From positions 1-16,430 of the forward strand of contig CBFDTJ010000031.1 of NCBI GenBank assembly GCA_965612865.1: DNA of 16,430 nt, given 5' to 3'. A program made the position numbers and the translations under genes. Under the pieces are notes generated by a model. It saw only the letters and a program-made list of their open reading frames with translations, made no database searches and was not told where the DNA came from. The number at the start of each line of letters is the position of its first letter. The first letter of the stretch is position 1. This document shows, piece by piece, positions 7,475-15,081 of this stretch. Source of the DNA: an uncultured bacterium (lineage in GTDB: Bacteria; Caldisericota; Caldisericia; B22-G15).

Positions 7475-9069
7475 GGAAGAATCTTTTCTATGTCTGTTCC
7501 TCTATGTATTGAATATCGTGGTATTTCAAAGGGATATGTAGTTTTTATGGCAACCCCTTTATATACTGTAAAGGCAAACTGAAATCCAGCTTCTCTTAGC
7601 AAATCAATTGTCTCTTTTGAATATTCTCCATACGGGTATGCAAACATTAAAGGTTCATATCCAAGATTTTCCTTTATTACTCTTATTGAATCCATAAAAT
7701 CTTTAAGAACTCTTTGCTTGAACTCTCTTTCTGTTTCATCAGTTCCGTTACTGAAAATGGATGAAATTAATTTTCCATCCTTTTCTATTCGTTTATGGGA
7801 TAGATACGTATGCGAATCTATTTCAAATATCCCGCTTTCAACCATCTCTTTTGCTTCCTCCCAGGATATAAAACCTGACTTACTTCCTATTCTTCCAGCA
7901 ATAACAAAGAATACAGCTTTAAATCCATACTTCTTAAGTATTGGGTAGGCATAATTATATACTCCTCTAAGACCATCATCAAATGTTATTAAGACACTTT
8001 TATCTGAAATGTCAGCTTTTCCTTTAAGAAAATTTCTGAAATCTTCTCCAGAGATACAGGTATAACCTTGATTCTTTATATATTTTATCTCCTTTTCAAA
8101 CTCCTCAGGTGTTATCGTATAAAGATTCCCTCCTTTTTCTGATATATTGTGATATACAAGCACAACAACTCCTTTTGAATATATTGTTATCTTTATATTT
8201 TGAAGCGCAGATTCTACATTAAACTGAGAATTTGGATCCTGTGTATGTATAAAATGAGTACCTGGCGGAAGAGTTAACTTTTCGTAAAAATCACCATTCC
8301 CATCTGTTTTTGTTCTTTTAAAGAACTCTCCATCTATATATATATCAACCTCTTTGTCTGGGTCATAAAAACCAAGAATTTCTATCTCCTTGCTTACAGT
8401 TTTAAGACCGTTTAGTGGAGAATAAATTATAGGATATGTATTCACTACGTTTATAACTCTTCTCTCCTCGATTCTCTCACCTTTAAAATCTATACCAGTA
8501 AACTTAATAAAATGACTTCCTTCAGACAAGAACTGGGAAATCATTATCTCATTAGACCATACCTCTCTCTTCTTATCATATACCAATGGGTAAGTCGTCC
8601 CATCATCAAAGGTAGCAGTAACTTTCTCTAAAATACTGGATGTAATAATCTCCATATGTATACTTTTACCAGCTCTTACAAATGTCGGATAAACATATAT
8701 ATCCCATACAGGAATTTCACTATTTAAGAATACATCGATATTTTTTTCAAACTCCTTCCCGGCTATTGACACTCTAACTTCAACTGTATATTCTCCATCT
8801 TCAAGTTTATCTGGAAAAATGGAATACACTCTATTTTCTTTCAATTCTGTATCCAGTTTCTTAGTAACATTTTCACCACTTACATAGACCGCTATTTGCT
8901 CTACATTTTTTATTGGTTCTATCTCAATAATTATAGGCTGGTTTGGAGATACATATCCCTCACCTTTTGGAGAGATAAAGGATATAGATATATTAGGATT
9001 AACGTTAGGATTACACGAAGAAAATAAAACCAAAAGGATAATTCCCACCCATAGGAAACTTTTTTTCAT
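7471..9069 (-). CDS. Lipoprotein with Ig-like beta domains and C-terminal polysaccharide deacetylase (CE4, PgaB/IcaB-like)
   Basis: Lipobox LFSSC; C-terminal LVYH, ITFDDG, SHTYLSH, FAYPYG, IPR motifs; N-terminal about 290 aa beta-rich. Confidence 0.88.
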   Translation of the reverse strand: MKKSFLWVGIILLVLFSSCNPNVNPNISISFISPKGEGYVSPNQPIIIEIEPIKNVEQIAVYVSGENVTKKLDTELKENRVYSIFPDKLEDGEYTVEVRVSIAGKEFEKNIDVFLNSEIPVWDIYVYPTFVRAGKSIHMEIITSSILEKVTATFDDGTTYPLVYDKKREVWSNEIMISQFLSEGSHFIKFTGIDFKGERIEERRVINVVNTYPIIYSPLNGLKTVSKEIEILGFYDPDKEVDIYIDGEFFKRTKTDGNGDFYEKLTLPPGTHFIHTQDPNSQFNVESALQNIKITIYSKGVVVLVYHNISEKGGNLYTITPEEFEKEIKYIKNQGYTCISGEDFRNFLKGKADISDKSVLITFDDGLRGVYNYAYPILKKYGFKAVFFVIAGRIGSKSGFISWEEAKEMVESGIFEIDSHTYLSHKRIEKDGKLISSIFSNGTDETEREFKQRVLKDFMDSIRVIKENLGYEPLMFAYPYGEYSKETIDLLREAGFQFAFTVYKGVAIKTTYPFEIPRYSIHRGTDIEKILP

Positions 9070-10520
9070 CCTTTCATAACAGCAATAGGTTTCATCTTTG
9101 CAATTTTTATTGATATTCCCTCCTTATGTAATACATCAACCACATTGCTTACATCTTTATAAGCTTCTGGTGCCTCCTCGACAAGGGTCTTATTACTTTT
9201 CGCTTTTACAAGGATTCCCTTATTTCTCATATTTCCAAGCACTTTACCCGCACTCTGTCTTCTAAGAGCTTCATGTCTACTCATCATTCTCCCTGCCCCA
9301 TGGCACGAGGACCCAAAGGTTTCTTTCATTGCTTTATCAGTACCAACCAATACAAAGGAGTACCTTCCCATGTCTCCAGGAACAAGAACAGGCTGACCTA
9401 TACTTTTATACTTTTCGGGAACCTCTGGACGCCCAGGGGCAAAAGCTCTTGTTGCACCTTTTCTATGAACAACAAGTTTTATTTGTTTCCCATCAATATT
9501 ATGAGTCTCCACTTTTGCAATATTATGGGCTACATCATAAACTATCTCAAGCCCTATTTCTCTATCAGAAATTCCAAAAACTTGACGGAAACTTTTTCTC
9601 GTCCAGTGAGTTATTAGTTGCCTGTTTGTCCAAGCAAAATTTGCAGCGGAAACCATTGCTGCAAAATATCTCTTTGCCTCTGGGGAATTGAATGGAGCAC
9701 ATGCAAGCTGAGGATCAGGGAGTCTTATTCTGTACTTTCTTGCAGCATTATTCATAACTTCAATATAATCGGATGCAACCTGGTGTCCTAAACCTCTACT
9801 TCCTGTGTGTATAAGGACTGTTATCTGCCCTTTAAACAAACCCAGTACTTTTGCTATGTCCTCTCTATAAATTTCCTCAATAATCTGAATTTCAAGAAAA
9901 TGGTTCCCGGCACCAAGAGTTCCCAGTTGAGATGCACCTCTTTCCTTTGCTCTTCTGGAAACCATGTTAGGATCAGCCCCGGGCATACTTCCATGTTCCT
10001 CTATGGTTTCAAGATCTTCCTCCCTTCCATAACCCTTTCTTATAGCCCACTTTACTCCATCTTTTAAAACAGGATTAAGGTCATCAGGTCTAAGTCTTAA
10101 TTTTCCACTGGATCCAACACCTGAGGGTATATTATTAAAAAGTACTGAAAGTAGTGTATCTAATTTCTTTTCTACATCATCCATCTTAAAGTCTGTTCTT
10201 AGAAGTCTTACTCCACAATTTATATCGTATCCAACTCCTCCTGGTGAAATAATGCCGTCTTCCACTCTAAAAGCAGCAACTCCACCAATCGGAAATCCAT
10301 ATCCCCAGTGTATATCAGGCATAGCAAGTGATGCTTTCACAATTCCAGGAAGAGTAGCTACATTTGCAACTTGAAGTGGAGATCTATCAGAAAGAACCTT
10401 AGGAAGTAATTTTTCATTTATATATATAATTCCAGGAACTCTCATACCAGGAATAGTCCCAATGGGTATCATAAATTTTGTATCTGAAAGTTTCTTAAGG
10501 TGTTCTCTTCTTATCTCCAT
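9066..10520 (-). CDS. rtcB: RNA-splicing/repair ligase RtcB (long, archaeal/eukaryote-like type, no intein)
   Basis: MPDIHWGYGFPIGG, GYDINCG, LGTLGAGNHF, HTGSRG, HNIAK, HRKGATRA, SCHGAGR, EEAPEAYK; AGGAGG RBS. Confidence 0.97.
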   Translation of the reverse strand: MEIRREHLKKLSDTKFMIPIGTIPGMRVPGIIYINEKLLPKVLSDRSPLQVANVATLPGIVKASLAMPDIHWGYGFPIGGVAAFRVEDGIISPGGVGYDINCGVRLLRTDFKMDDVEKKLDTLLSVLFNNIPSGVGSSGKLRLRPDDLNPVLKDGVKWAIRKGYGREEDLETIEEHGSMPGADPNMVSRRAKERGASQLGTLGAGNHFLEIQIIEEIYREDIAKVLGLFKGQITVLIHTGSRGLGHQVASDYIEVMNNAARKYRIRLPDPQLACAPFNSPEAKRYFAAMVSAANFAWTNRQLITHWTRKSFRQVFGISDREIGLEIVYDVAHNIAKVETHNIDGKQIKLVVHRKGATRAFAPGRPEVPEKYKSIGQPVLVPGDMGRYSFVLVGTDKAMKETFGSSCHGAGRMMSRHEALRRQSAGKVLGNMRNKGILVKAKSNKTLVEEAPEAYKDVSNVVDVLHKEGISIKIAKMKPIAVMKG

Positions 10521-10530
10521 AGTTTCCTCC

Positions 10531-10559
10531 TTGAAGAAGTTTTTATTTTATTATACAAT
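10531..10559 (+). promoter_or_regulatory. Sigma-70-type promoter for tRNA operon (TTGAAG-N17-TACAAT); overlaps an opposite-strand TATAAT (10555-10550) that may drive rtcB
   Basis: TTGAAG 10531-10536, 17-nt AT-rich spacer, TACAAT 10554-10559, 9 nt before tRNA start. Confidence 0.65.
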
Positions 10560-10568
10560 AAAAGCGAA

Positions 10569-10644
10569 GCGCCCGTAGCTCAACTGGATAGAGCAGTAGT
10601 TTCCGGAGCTACGTGTGGAGGTTCGAATCCTCTCGGGCGCACCA
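10569..10644 (+). tRNA. tRNA-Arg (anticodon CCG), 76 nt, encoded CCA
   Basis: Acceptor GCGCCCG/CGGGCGC, D arm GCTC-AACTGGATA-GAGC (A20 Arg identity), anticodon arm GTAGT-TTCCGGA-GCTAC, T arm GGAGG-TTCGAAT-CCTCT, ACCA end. Confidence 0.97.
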
Positions 10645-10655
10645 AAAAGGGGAAA

Positions 10656-11933
10656 ATGAATAGATTGCTTGAAAGAACAGAATATTACAGGAAAAAAGCA
10701 GAGAGAAACCTTTATCTTCTAACTTCTCAATCATTATATGCTGAATATCTTATACTTACTGGTGAATATGATAAAGCACTCCTTGTAAGTCTCAAGGGGT
10801 TGCTGAATTCACCATGGTTCTTTAGATTACAGATAGATCTGGGTCTTTCATACTTACTAAAAAATGAACTAAATTCAGCAAAAGAAGAGTTTAAACATGC
10901 CTTAAAGATTGATCCAGAAAATCCATTTGCTCATTTGTTCCTGGCGTTAACTTATATAAAAATGGATAGACTAAGAGAAGCAGAGGCAATTCTAGAATCA
11001 GGTTTTGAGTACAATCAGGATGTAAATTACATTAAGGATTTGCTAGTATATATTTATGAGATTCAAGGGATAAGTGTAGAAGAGTTTTCTTCAAACTTTG
11101 CGAAAATTGAAGAGAAAGTAAAAGAAGGTTTTATCTCTTCATCCAGTGTTCTAAAAATCAAGGAGGAGGAAGGAGGGAAAGTTCCATATGAAGTTCTTTA
11201 TGCAATATCTCTAATACAAGAAGACAGGTTGTCTGAGGCGATTTCTGTTTTAGAAAGAATATTAATTTATCATCCATATTACCCAAAAGCTTTATACAAC
11301 TTAGGCAAAGTATATTCTATTATAGGCGATGATCTAAGAAAGGGGGAAAACTGGAAAAAAGCCTTTGAAGTTAATCCCCTTCTTCCTGAATTAAAGGAAG
11401 AAGCGAAAAATATAGAGAGTGTTCACATAGATATAAATGATTTACCTGAGATGAAAACCTTAGAGAAAATTATAGTAGAATATATACTTAGAAAATTTAA
11501 AGATATTCTTAAACCAGAAAAAACAGAAGGGTCATCTGAAAAAGTGGTAGCTGACAAGGAAATAACTGAAGAAGTTAGAGGGGAGACCGCTGAGATACAA
11601 GCCAAAGAGGAAGAAACCCCTGAGAAAGAAATTTCAGAAGAAGTTTTTACAGAAGAAGAAAAAGTTGAAGAGAAAGAAATTTCAGAAGAGGAAATCTTAG
11701 ATAAGAAGACAGAAGAAGCTCCACGAGAAATAGAAATTGAGGAAACAAAGGAAACACCCCAGCAAAAAGAAATTTCAGAAAGTAAGGTATTTGAAGAAAC
11801 TGGCTCTGATACCACAGAGAAGGGGGTTGAGTATTTTAAGGATAAAGGTATAGAATATCTTAAGAAAAAAATGTATAGAGAGGCAATAGAAATGTTTACA
11901 AAAGCACTAAAGGAGGGAAAGGAGAAGATATAA
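10656..11933 (+). CDS. Tetratricopeptide repeat protein with long Glu-rich low-complexity linker and terminal TPR-like helix pair
   Basis: TPR signatures (LGLSYL..AKEEFKHALKIDPEN, ALYNLGKVY..AFEVNP, KGIEYL..YREAIEMFTKAL). Start set at ATG 10656 because the longer ORF runs through the tRNA. Confidence 0.85.
   Translation: MNRLLERTEYYRKKAERNLYLLTSQSLYAEYLILTGEYDKALLVSLKGLLNSPWFFRLQIDLGLSYLLKNELNSAKEEFKHALKIDPENPFAHLFLALTYIKMDRLREAEAILESGFEYNQDVNYIKDLLVYIYEIQGISVEEFSSNFAKIEEKVKEGFISSSSVLKIKEEEGGKVPYEVLYAISLIQEDRLSEAISVLERILIYHPYYPKALYNLGKVYSIIGDDLRKGENWKKAFEVNPLLPELKEEAKNIESVHIDINDLPEMKTLEKIIVEYILRKFKDILKPEKTEGSSEKVVADKEITEEVRGETAEIQAKEEETPEKEISEEVFTEEEKVEEKEISEEEILDKKTEEAPREIEIEETKETPQQKEISESKVFEETGSDTTEKGVEYFKDKGIEYLKKKMYREAIEMFTKALKEGKEKI
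11622..11780 (+). repeat. Intragenic direct repeats encoding KEISE
   Basis: GAGAAAGAAATTTCAGAAGA exact at 11622-11641 and 11670-11689; 15-nt core AAAGAAATTTCAGAA again at 11766-11780. Confidence 0.8.
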
Positions 11934-12280
11934 TGGGAAAAGAAGAAGTTTTAAACGAGATAATTAATATACCGGGTGTAGTGGGTGCAGTGCTTTATTC
12001 CAATGATCTTGAAGATCACATGGCAAAACTTACTCTGGATATTGACGAAAAGGTACTCGGAGGCCTGGGGGTTTCTATTATAGGTTTTTGGGAAGAGATA
12101 GCGAGTAGTCTTGAAATGGGTGATATAGAGGAAATGATTGTAGAAACAAAGAGAGGCAGGTTTCTCATCTATAAAATTTTAAACTATGTTCTTATTATAT
12201 TAACAACAAAAGCTGGAAACTTGGGGACAATAAAATACAATCTAAACAAGGTTATAAAACAACTGAGAAGTACGTACTAA
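11933..12280 (+). CDS. Roadblock/LC7 (MglB-like) domain protein
   Basis: 115 aa; L.EI..IPGVVGAVL, LEMGDIEEMIVETKRG, NLGTIK pattern; TAATG coupling to the TPR gene. Confidence 0.85.
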   Translation: MGKEEVLNEIINIPGVVGAVLYSNDLEDHMAKLTLDIDEKVLGGLGVSIIGFWEEIASSLEMGDIEEMIVETKRGRFLIYKILNYVLIILTTKAGNLGTIKYNLNKVIKQLRSTY

Positions 12281-12281
12281 T

Positions 12282-13094
12282 GTGAATAAAGGAAAACTTT
12301 TCATTGTAAGTGGTCCCATAGGTAACCTTGATGATATTACCATTAGAGCACTTAAAGTGTTAAGGAAGGTAGATTTAATCGTCTGCGAAGATACAAGAGT
12401 TACAAGCAAACTTCTAAACAGATATAAAATAAATAAGAAACTCATTTCGTACCATGAGGGTAATGAAAAAAAGAGAAGGAAAGAGATTCTCTCATACCTG
12501 TTATCCGGAAAAAATATAGCTCTTATGTCTGATGCAGGAACTCCCTGTATTTCAGACCCAGGAGAGAAACTTATAGATGAATGTATAAAAGAGGATATAG
12601 AGATAAGAATTGTGCCTGGACCTTCCTCAGCAATTTCATCTCTTGTTATCTCTGGAATTGCTTCTACACCATTTTTATTCATTGGATTTTTTCCAAAGAA
12701 GGAAAAAGAAAGGGAGAGAGTAATTAAAAAATATTTTTATCTTGATACCACCATCGTTTTCTTTGAATCACCCCATAGACTTGTAGACACCATTAACTAT
12801 CTGGCGAAGAGGTTTCCTGAAAGAAAGATCGCTTTAATAAAAGAATTAACAAAGATACACGAGGAAATAATAAGAGGCACATTAAAGGAAGCCTATGACT
12901 TCCTTAAGGATAAGAATATAAAAGGAGAGTGGACTGTGGTTTTAGAGGGAGGAGAGAAGGAAGAATGGGAGAGTGATTTTGAATTGCTACTTAAATTAAA
13001 TTTTACAAAGAAAGACATTCTGAAATTTCTTACAAATAAATATAAAGGCATACGAAACAAGGTTTATAAAAGATTAGAGTTAAGAGATGAGTAA
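12282..13094 (+). CDS. rsmI: 16S rRNA (cytidine1402-2'-O)-methyltransferase
   Basis: PIGNLDDITIRA, CEDTR, SDAGTPCISDPG, VPGPS, FESPHR, KELTKIHEE, KGE; GTG start. Confidence 0.96.
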   Translation: MNKGKLFIVSGPIGNLDDITIRALKVLRKVDLIVCEDTRVTSKLLNRYKINKKLISYHEGNEKKRRKEILSYLLSGKNIALMSDAGTPCISDPGEKLIDECIKEDIEIRIVPGPSSAISSLVISGIASTPFLFIGFFPKKEKERERVIKKYFYLDTTIVFFESPHRLVDTINYLAKRFPERKIALIKELTKIHEEIIRGTLKEAYDFLKDKNIKGEWTVVLEGGEKEEWESDFELLLKLNFTKKDILKFLTNKYKGIRNKVYKRLELRDE

Positions 13095-13108
13095 CAAAGT
13101 TTCTTCCC

Positions 13109-13136
13109 TTGAAATATAAAGGAGTTAAGTTAAAAT
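13109..13136 (+). promoter_or_regulatory. Candidate sigma-70 promoter for metG (TTGAAA-N16-TAAAAT)
   Basis: TTGAAA 13109-13114, TAAAAT 13131-13136 in the 71-nt rsmI-metG gap; RBS AAGGAGG 13152-13158. Confidence 0.55.
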
Positions 13137-13165
13137 TTACTAAAAGAGAAGAAGGAGGAAAAGAT

Positions 13166-15064
13166 ATGGATAAGAAGTTTTTTGTCACCACTCCAATCTA
13201 TTATGTAAACGACAAACCACATATTGGACATCTATACACAACAAGTATTGCCGATATAATTGCAAGAGCAAAGAGAAAACAGGGGTATGATGTATTATTC
13301 TCAACAGGAACTGATGAACATGCAGTAAAGATAAAAAGAATTGCTGACGAGAAAGGAATACCGGTAAAAGATTATGTTGACAATCTTTCTGATTTCTGGA
13401 AAAAAACATTCAAAGATTTTAACATCTCTTTTAATACTTTTATAAGAACAAGTGAAGAAAAACATAAAAAAGTTGTAACCCATTTTTTTAAAACTCTCAT
13501 GGATAAGGGGGATATATACAAGGGTATATATGAAGGGTGGTACTGTATATATGACGAAACTTTCTTCTCAGAGGATGAGCTACTTCCAGGGAATCTCTGT
13601 CCTGTATGTAAAAGATCTGTTGAAAAAGTAAAAGAAGAGAATTATTTCTTTGCTCTCTCTAAATATGAGAACAGACTACTTGAGTATTATTTATCTCATC
13701 CAGATTTTGTTGAACCAAAGTCAAGATACAATGAAATGCTGTCTCTTATTAAGAGTGGTCTCAAGGATGTCTCTATATCAAGAAAAGGTATAGGTTGGGG
13801 AATTCCAGTTCCAGGTGATCCAAATGCCGTAATATATGTGTGGTTCGATGCTTTAATAAATTATGTTACTGTTTCAGGCTATCTTCAAGATGAGGAAAAA
13901 TTTGATAAATATTGGCCAGCAGATCTACATCTTATAGGTAAGGATATAACTCGATTCCATAGTGTTATCTGGCCTGCAATGTTGATGGGGATGGAGCTTC
14001 CATTGCCAAAAAAGGTATTTGCTCATGGTTTCTGGCTTGCTGAAGGTGAGAAAATGAGTAAGTCCAAAGGAAACTTTATAAAACCCGAGGAAGTCATAGA
14101 GTGGTTTATGGAAAAGACCAATATAGATAAAAAACTTGCTATCGATGTATTCCGTTATTACATCTTAAAAGATATGGCTTTTGGAGAAGATGGAAACTTC
14201 TCCTATTCATCATTTATAACAAGATACAACACAGAACTTGCCAACGATCTTGGAAATCTTTTAAACAGGACAACAAACCTTGCAGTCAAATTTTTTGAGG
14301 GTTCTTTAAGTGAAGGGTACGATAGGGGTTATTATGTAACATTTGAGAGAAGTTTTGATGAAATTGTAAGTCTCTATAATGAACTTAAACTCTCAGAAGT
14401 TCCTGTTAAGATAAATGTACTTGCAAATACATTAAACAAGTATCTTGATTCAAAGGCTCCCTGGAGACTTATTAAAGAGGGAGACAAAGAAGAGGCAGAA
14501 GTTGTTCTTTCCACCGTTCTTCATGGACTTGAAATAGTTCTTCATTTGATTTCACCTATTATGCCAGAAAGTGTAAAACTGTTCTTTAAGTCCTTAGGAA
14601 AGAAAGACGAGGAAGGAACATTAATTAAAGAAAAACTCTTCCCATGGAAGGGTGGATACAAAATAGAAAAAATTCCACCAATCTTTCCAAGAGTTGAAGA
14701 GAAATTAAAAGTAAAGGAGGAAAAAAAGATGGCTGAAGAAGAATACATCACAATAGAGGATTTTAAAAAGTTAGACTTAAGAGTTGCTGAAATAGTTAAC
14801 GCAGAAAAAATTGAAGGAGCTGATAAATTATTGAAACTCACCATAAATATTGGAGATGAAACAAGAACCCTTGCAGCAGGAATAGCAGAATACTACAAAC
14901 CAGAGGAGCTTATTGGAAAAAAGATAATAGTAATCAAAAATCTAAAACCAAGAAAATTAAGAGGTGTACTTTCTCAGGGGATGCTTCTTGCTGCAACAAC
15001 AGAAAATACTATTGCTATTTTAACTCCAGATAAAGATGTACCAACTGGAACCAGAATTACCTAA
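13166..15064 (+). CDS. metG: Methionine--tRNA ligase with C-terminal tRNA-binding (Trbp111-like OB) dimerisation domain
   Basis: TTPIYY, PHIGH, GTDEH, single knuckle (CIYD...CPVC), YVWFDAL, GKDI.RFH, KMSKS, LANDLGNL; C-terminal DF.KLDLRV...NLKPRKLRG..SQGMLLAA. Start at ATG 13166 with AAGGAGG. Confidence 0.98.
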   Translation: MDKKFFVTTPIYYVNDKPHIGHLYTTSIADIIARAKRKQGYDVLFSTGTDEHAVKIKRIADEKGIPVKDYVDNLSDFWKKTFKDFNISFNTFIRTSEEKHKKVVTHFFKTLMDKGDIYKGIYEGWYCIYDETFFSEDELLPGNLCPVCKRSVEKVKEENYFFALSKYENRLLEYYLSHPDFVEPKSRYNEMLSLIKSGLKDVSISRKGIGWGIPVPGDPNAVIYVWFDALINYVTVSGYLQDEEKFDKYWPADLHLIGKDITRFHSVIWPAMLMGMELPLPKKVFAHGFWLAEGEKMSKSKGNFIKPEEVIEWFMEKTNIDKKLAIDVFRYYILKDMAFGEDGNFSYSSFITRYNTELANDLGNLLNRTTNLAVKFFEGSLSEGYDRGYYVTFERSFDEIVSLYNELKLSEVPVKINVLANTLNKYLDSKAPWRLIKEGDKEEAEVVLSTVLHGLEIVLHLISPIMPESVKLFFKSLGKKDEEGTLIKEKLFPWKGGYKIEKIPPIFPRVEEKLKVKEEKKMAEEEYITIEDFKKLDLRVAEIVNAEKIEGADKLLKLTINIGDETRTLAAGIAEYYKPEELIGKKIIVIKNLKPRKLRGVLSQGMLLAATTENTIAILTPDKDVPTGTRIT

Positions 15065-15081
15065 TTTTGAGAAATAAAAAA

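Noticed and set aside
8535..8560. Second TFDDG motif in N-terminal half of the deacetylase, suggesting a duplicated catalytic domain
   Set aside because: Sits in a beta-hairpin context (VTATFDDGTTYPL) without the His or PYG motifs; coincidental.
6119..10520. Inteins in dnaB or rtcB (both common hosts)
   Set aside because: Both have normal lengths and uninterrupted motifs.
10569..10644. tRNA as prophage/island attachment site or intron-containing RtcB substrate
   Set aside because: No integrase, no duplicated tRNA 3' end seen, downstream genes are housekeeping; tRNA is intact with no intron.
10500..10655. 52-aa N-terminal extension of the TPR ORF
   Set aside because: Runs through rtcB start, promoter and tRNA; ATG 10656 is the sensible start.
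11622..11780. Direct repeats as mini-CRISPR
   Set aside because: Short, irregularly spaced, in-frame within a CDS, no cas genes.
11423..11815. Ser-rich antisense ORF, and other antisense/alternate-frame ORFs (500-682, 1156-1365, 1429-1722, 2620-2976, 4050-4238, 4582-4872, 6801-7031, 7120-7416, 7350-7541, 7718-7948, 9273-10067, 12242-12682, 13185-13483, 14542-14844, 15185-15621)
   Set aside because: Shadows of well-supported genes; compositions mirror sense-strand codon bias and show no recognisable motifs.
13095..13165. T-box or SAM riboswitch upstream of metG
   Set aside because: Gap is only 71 nt with no T-box sequence or hairpins.
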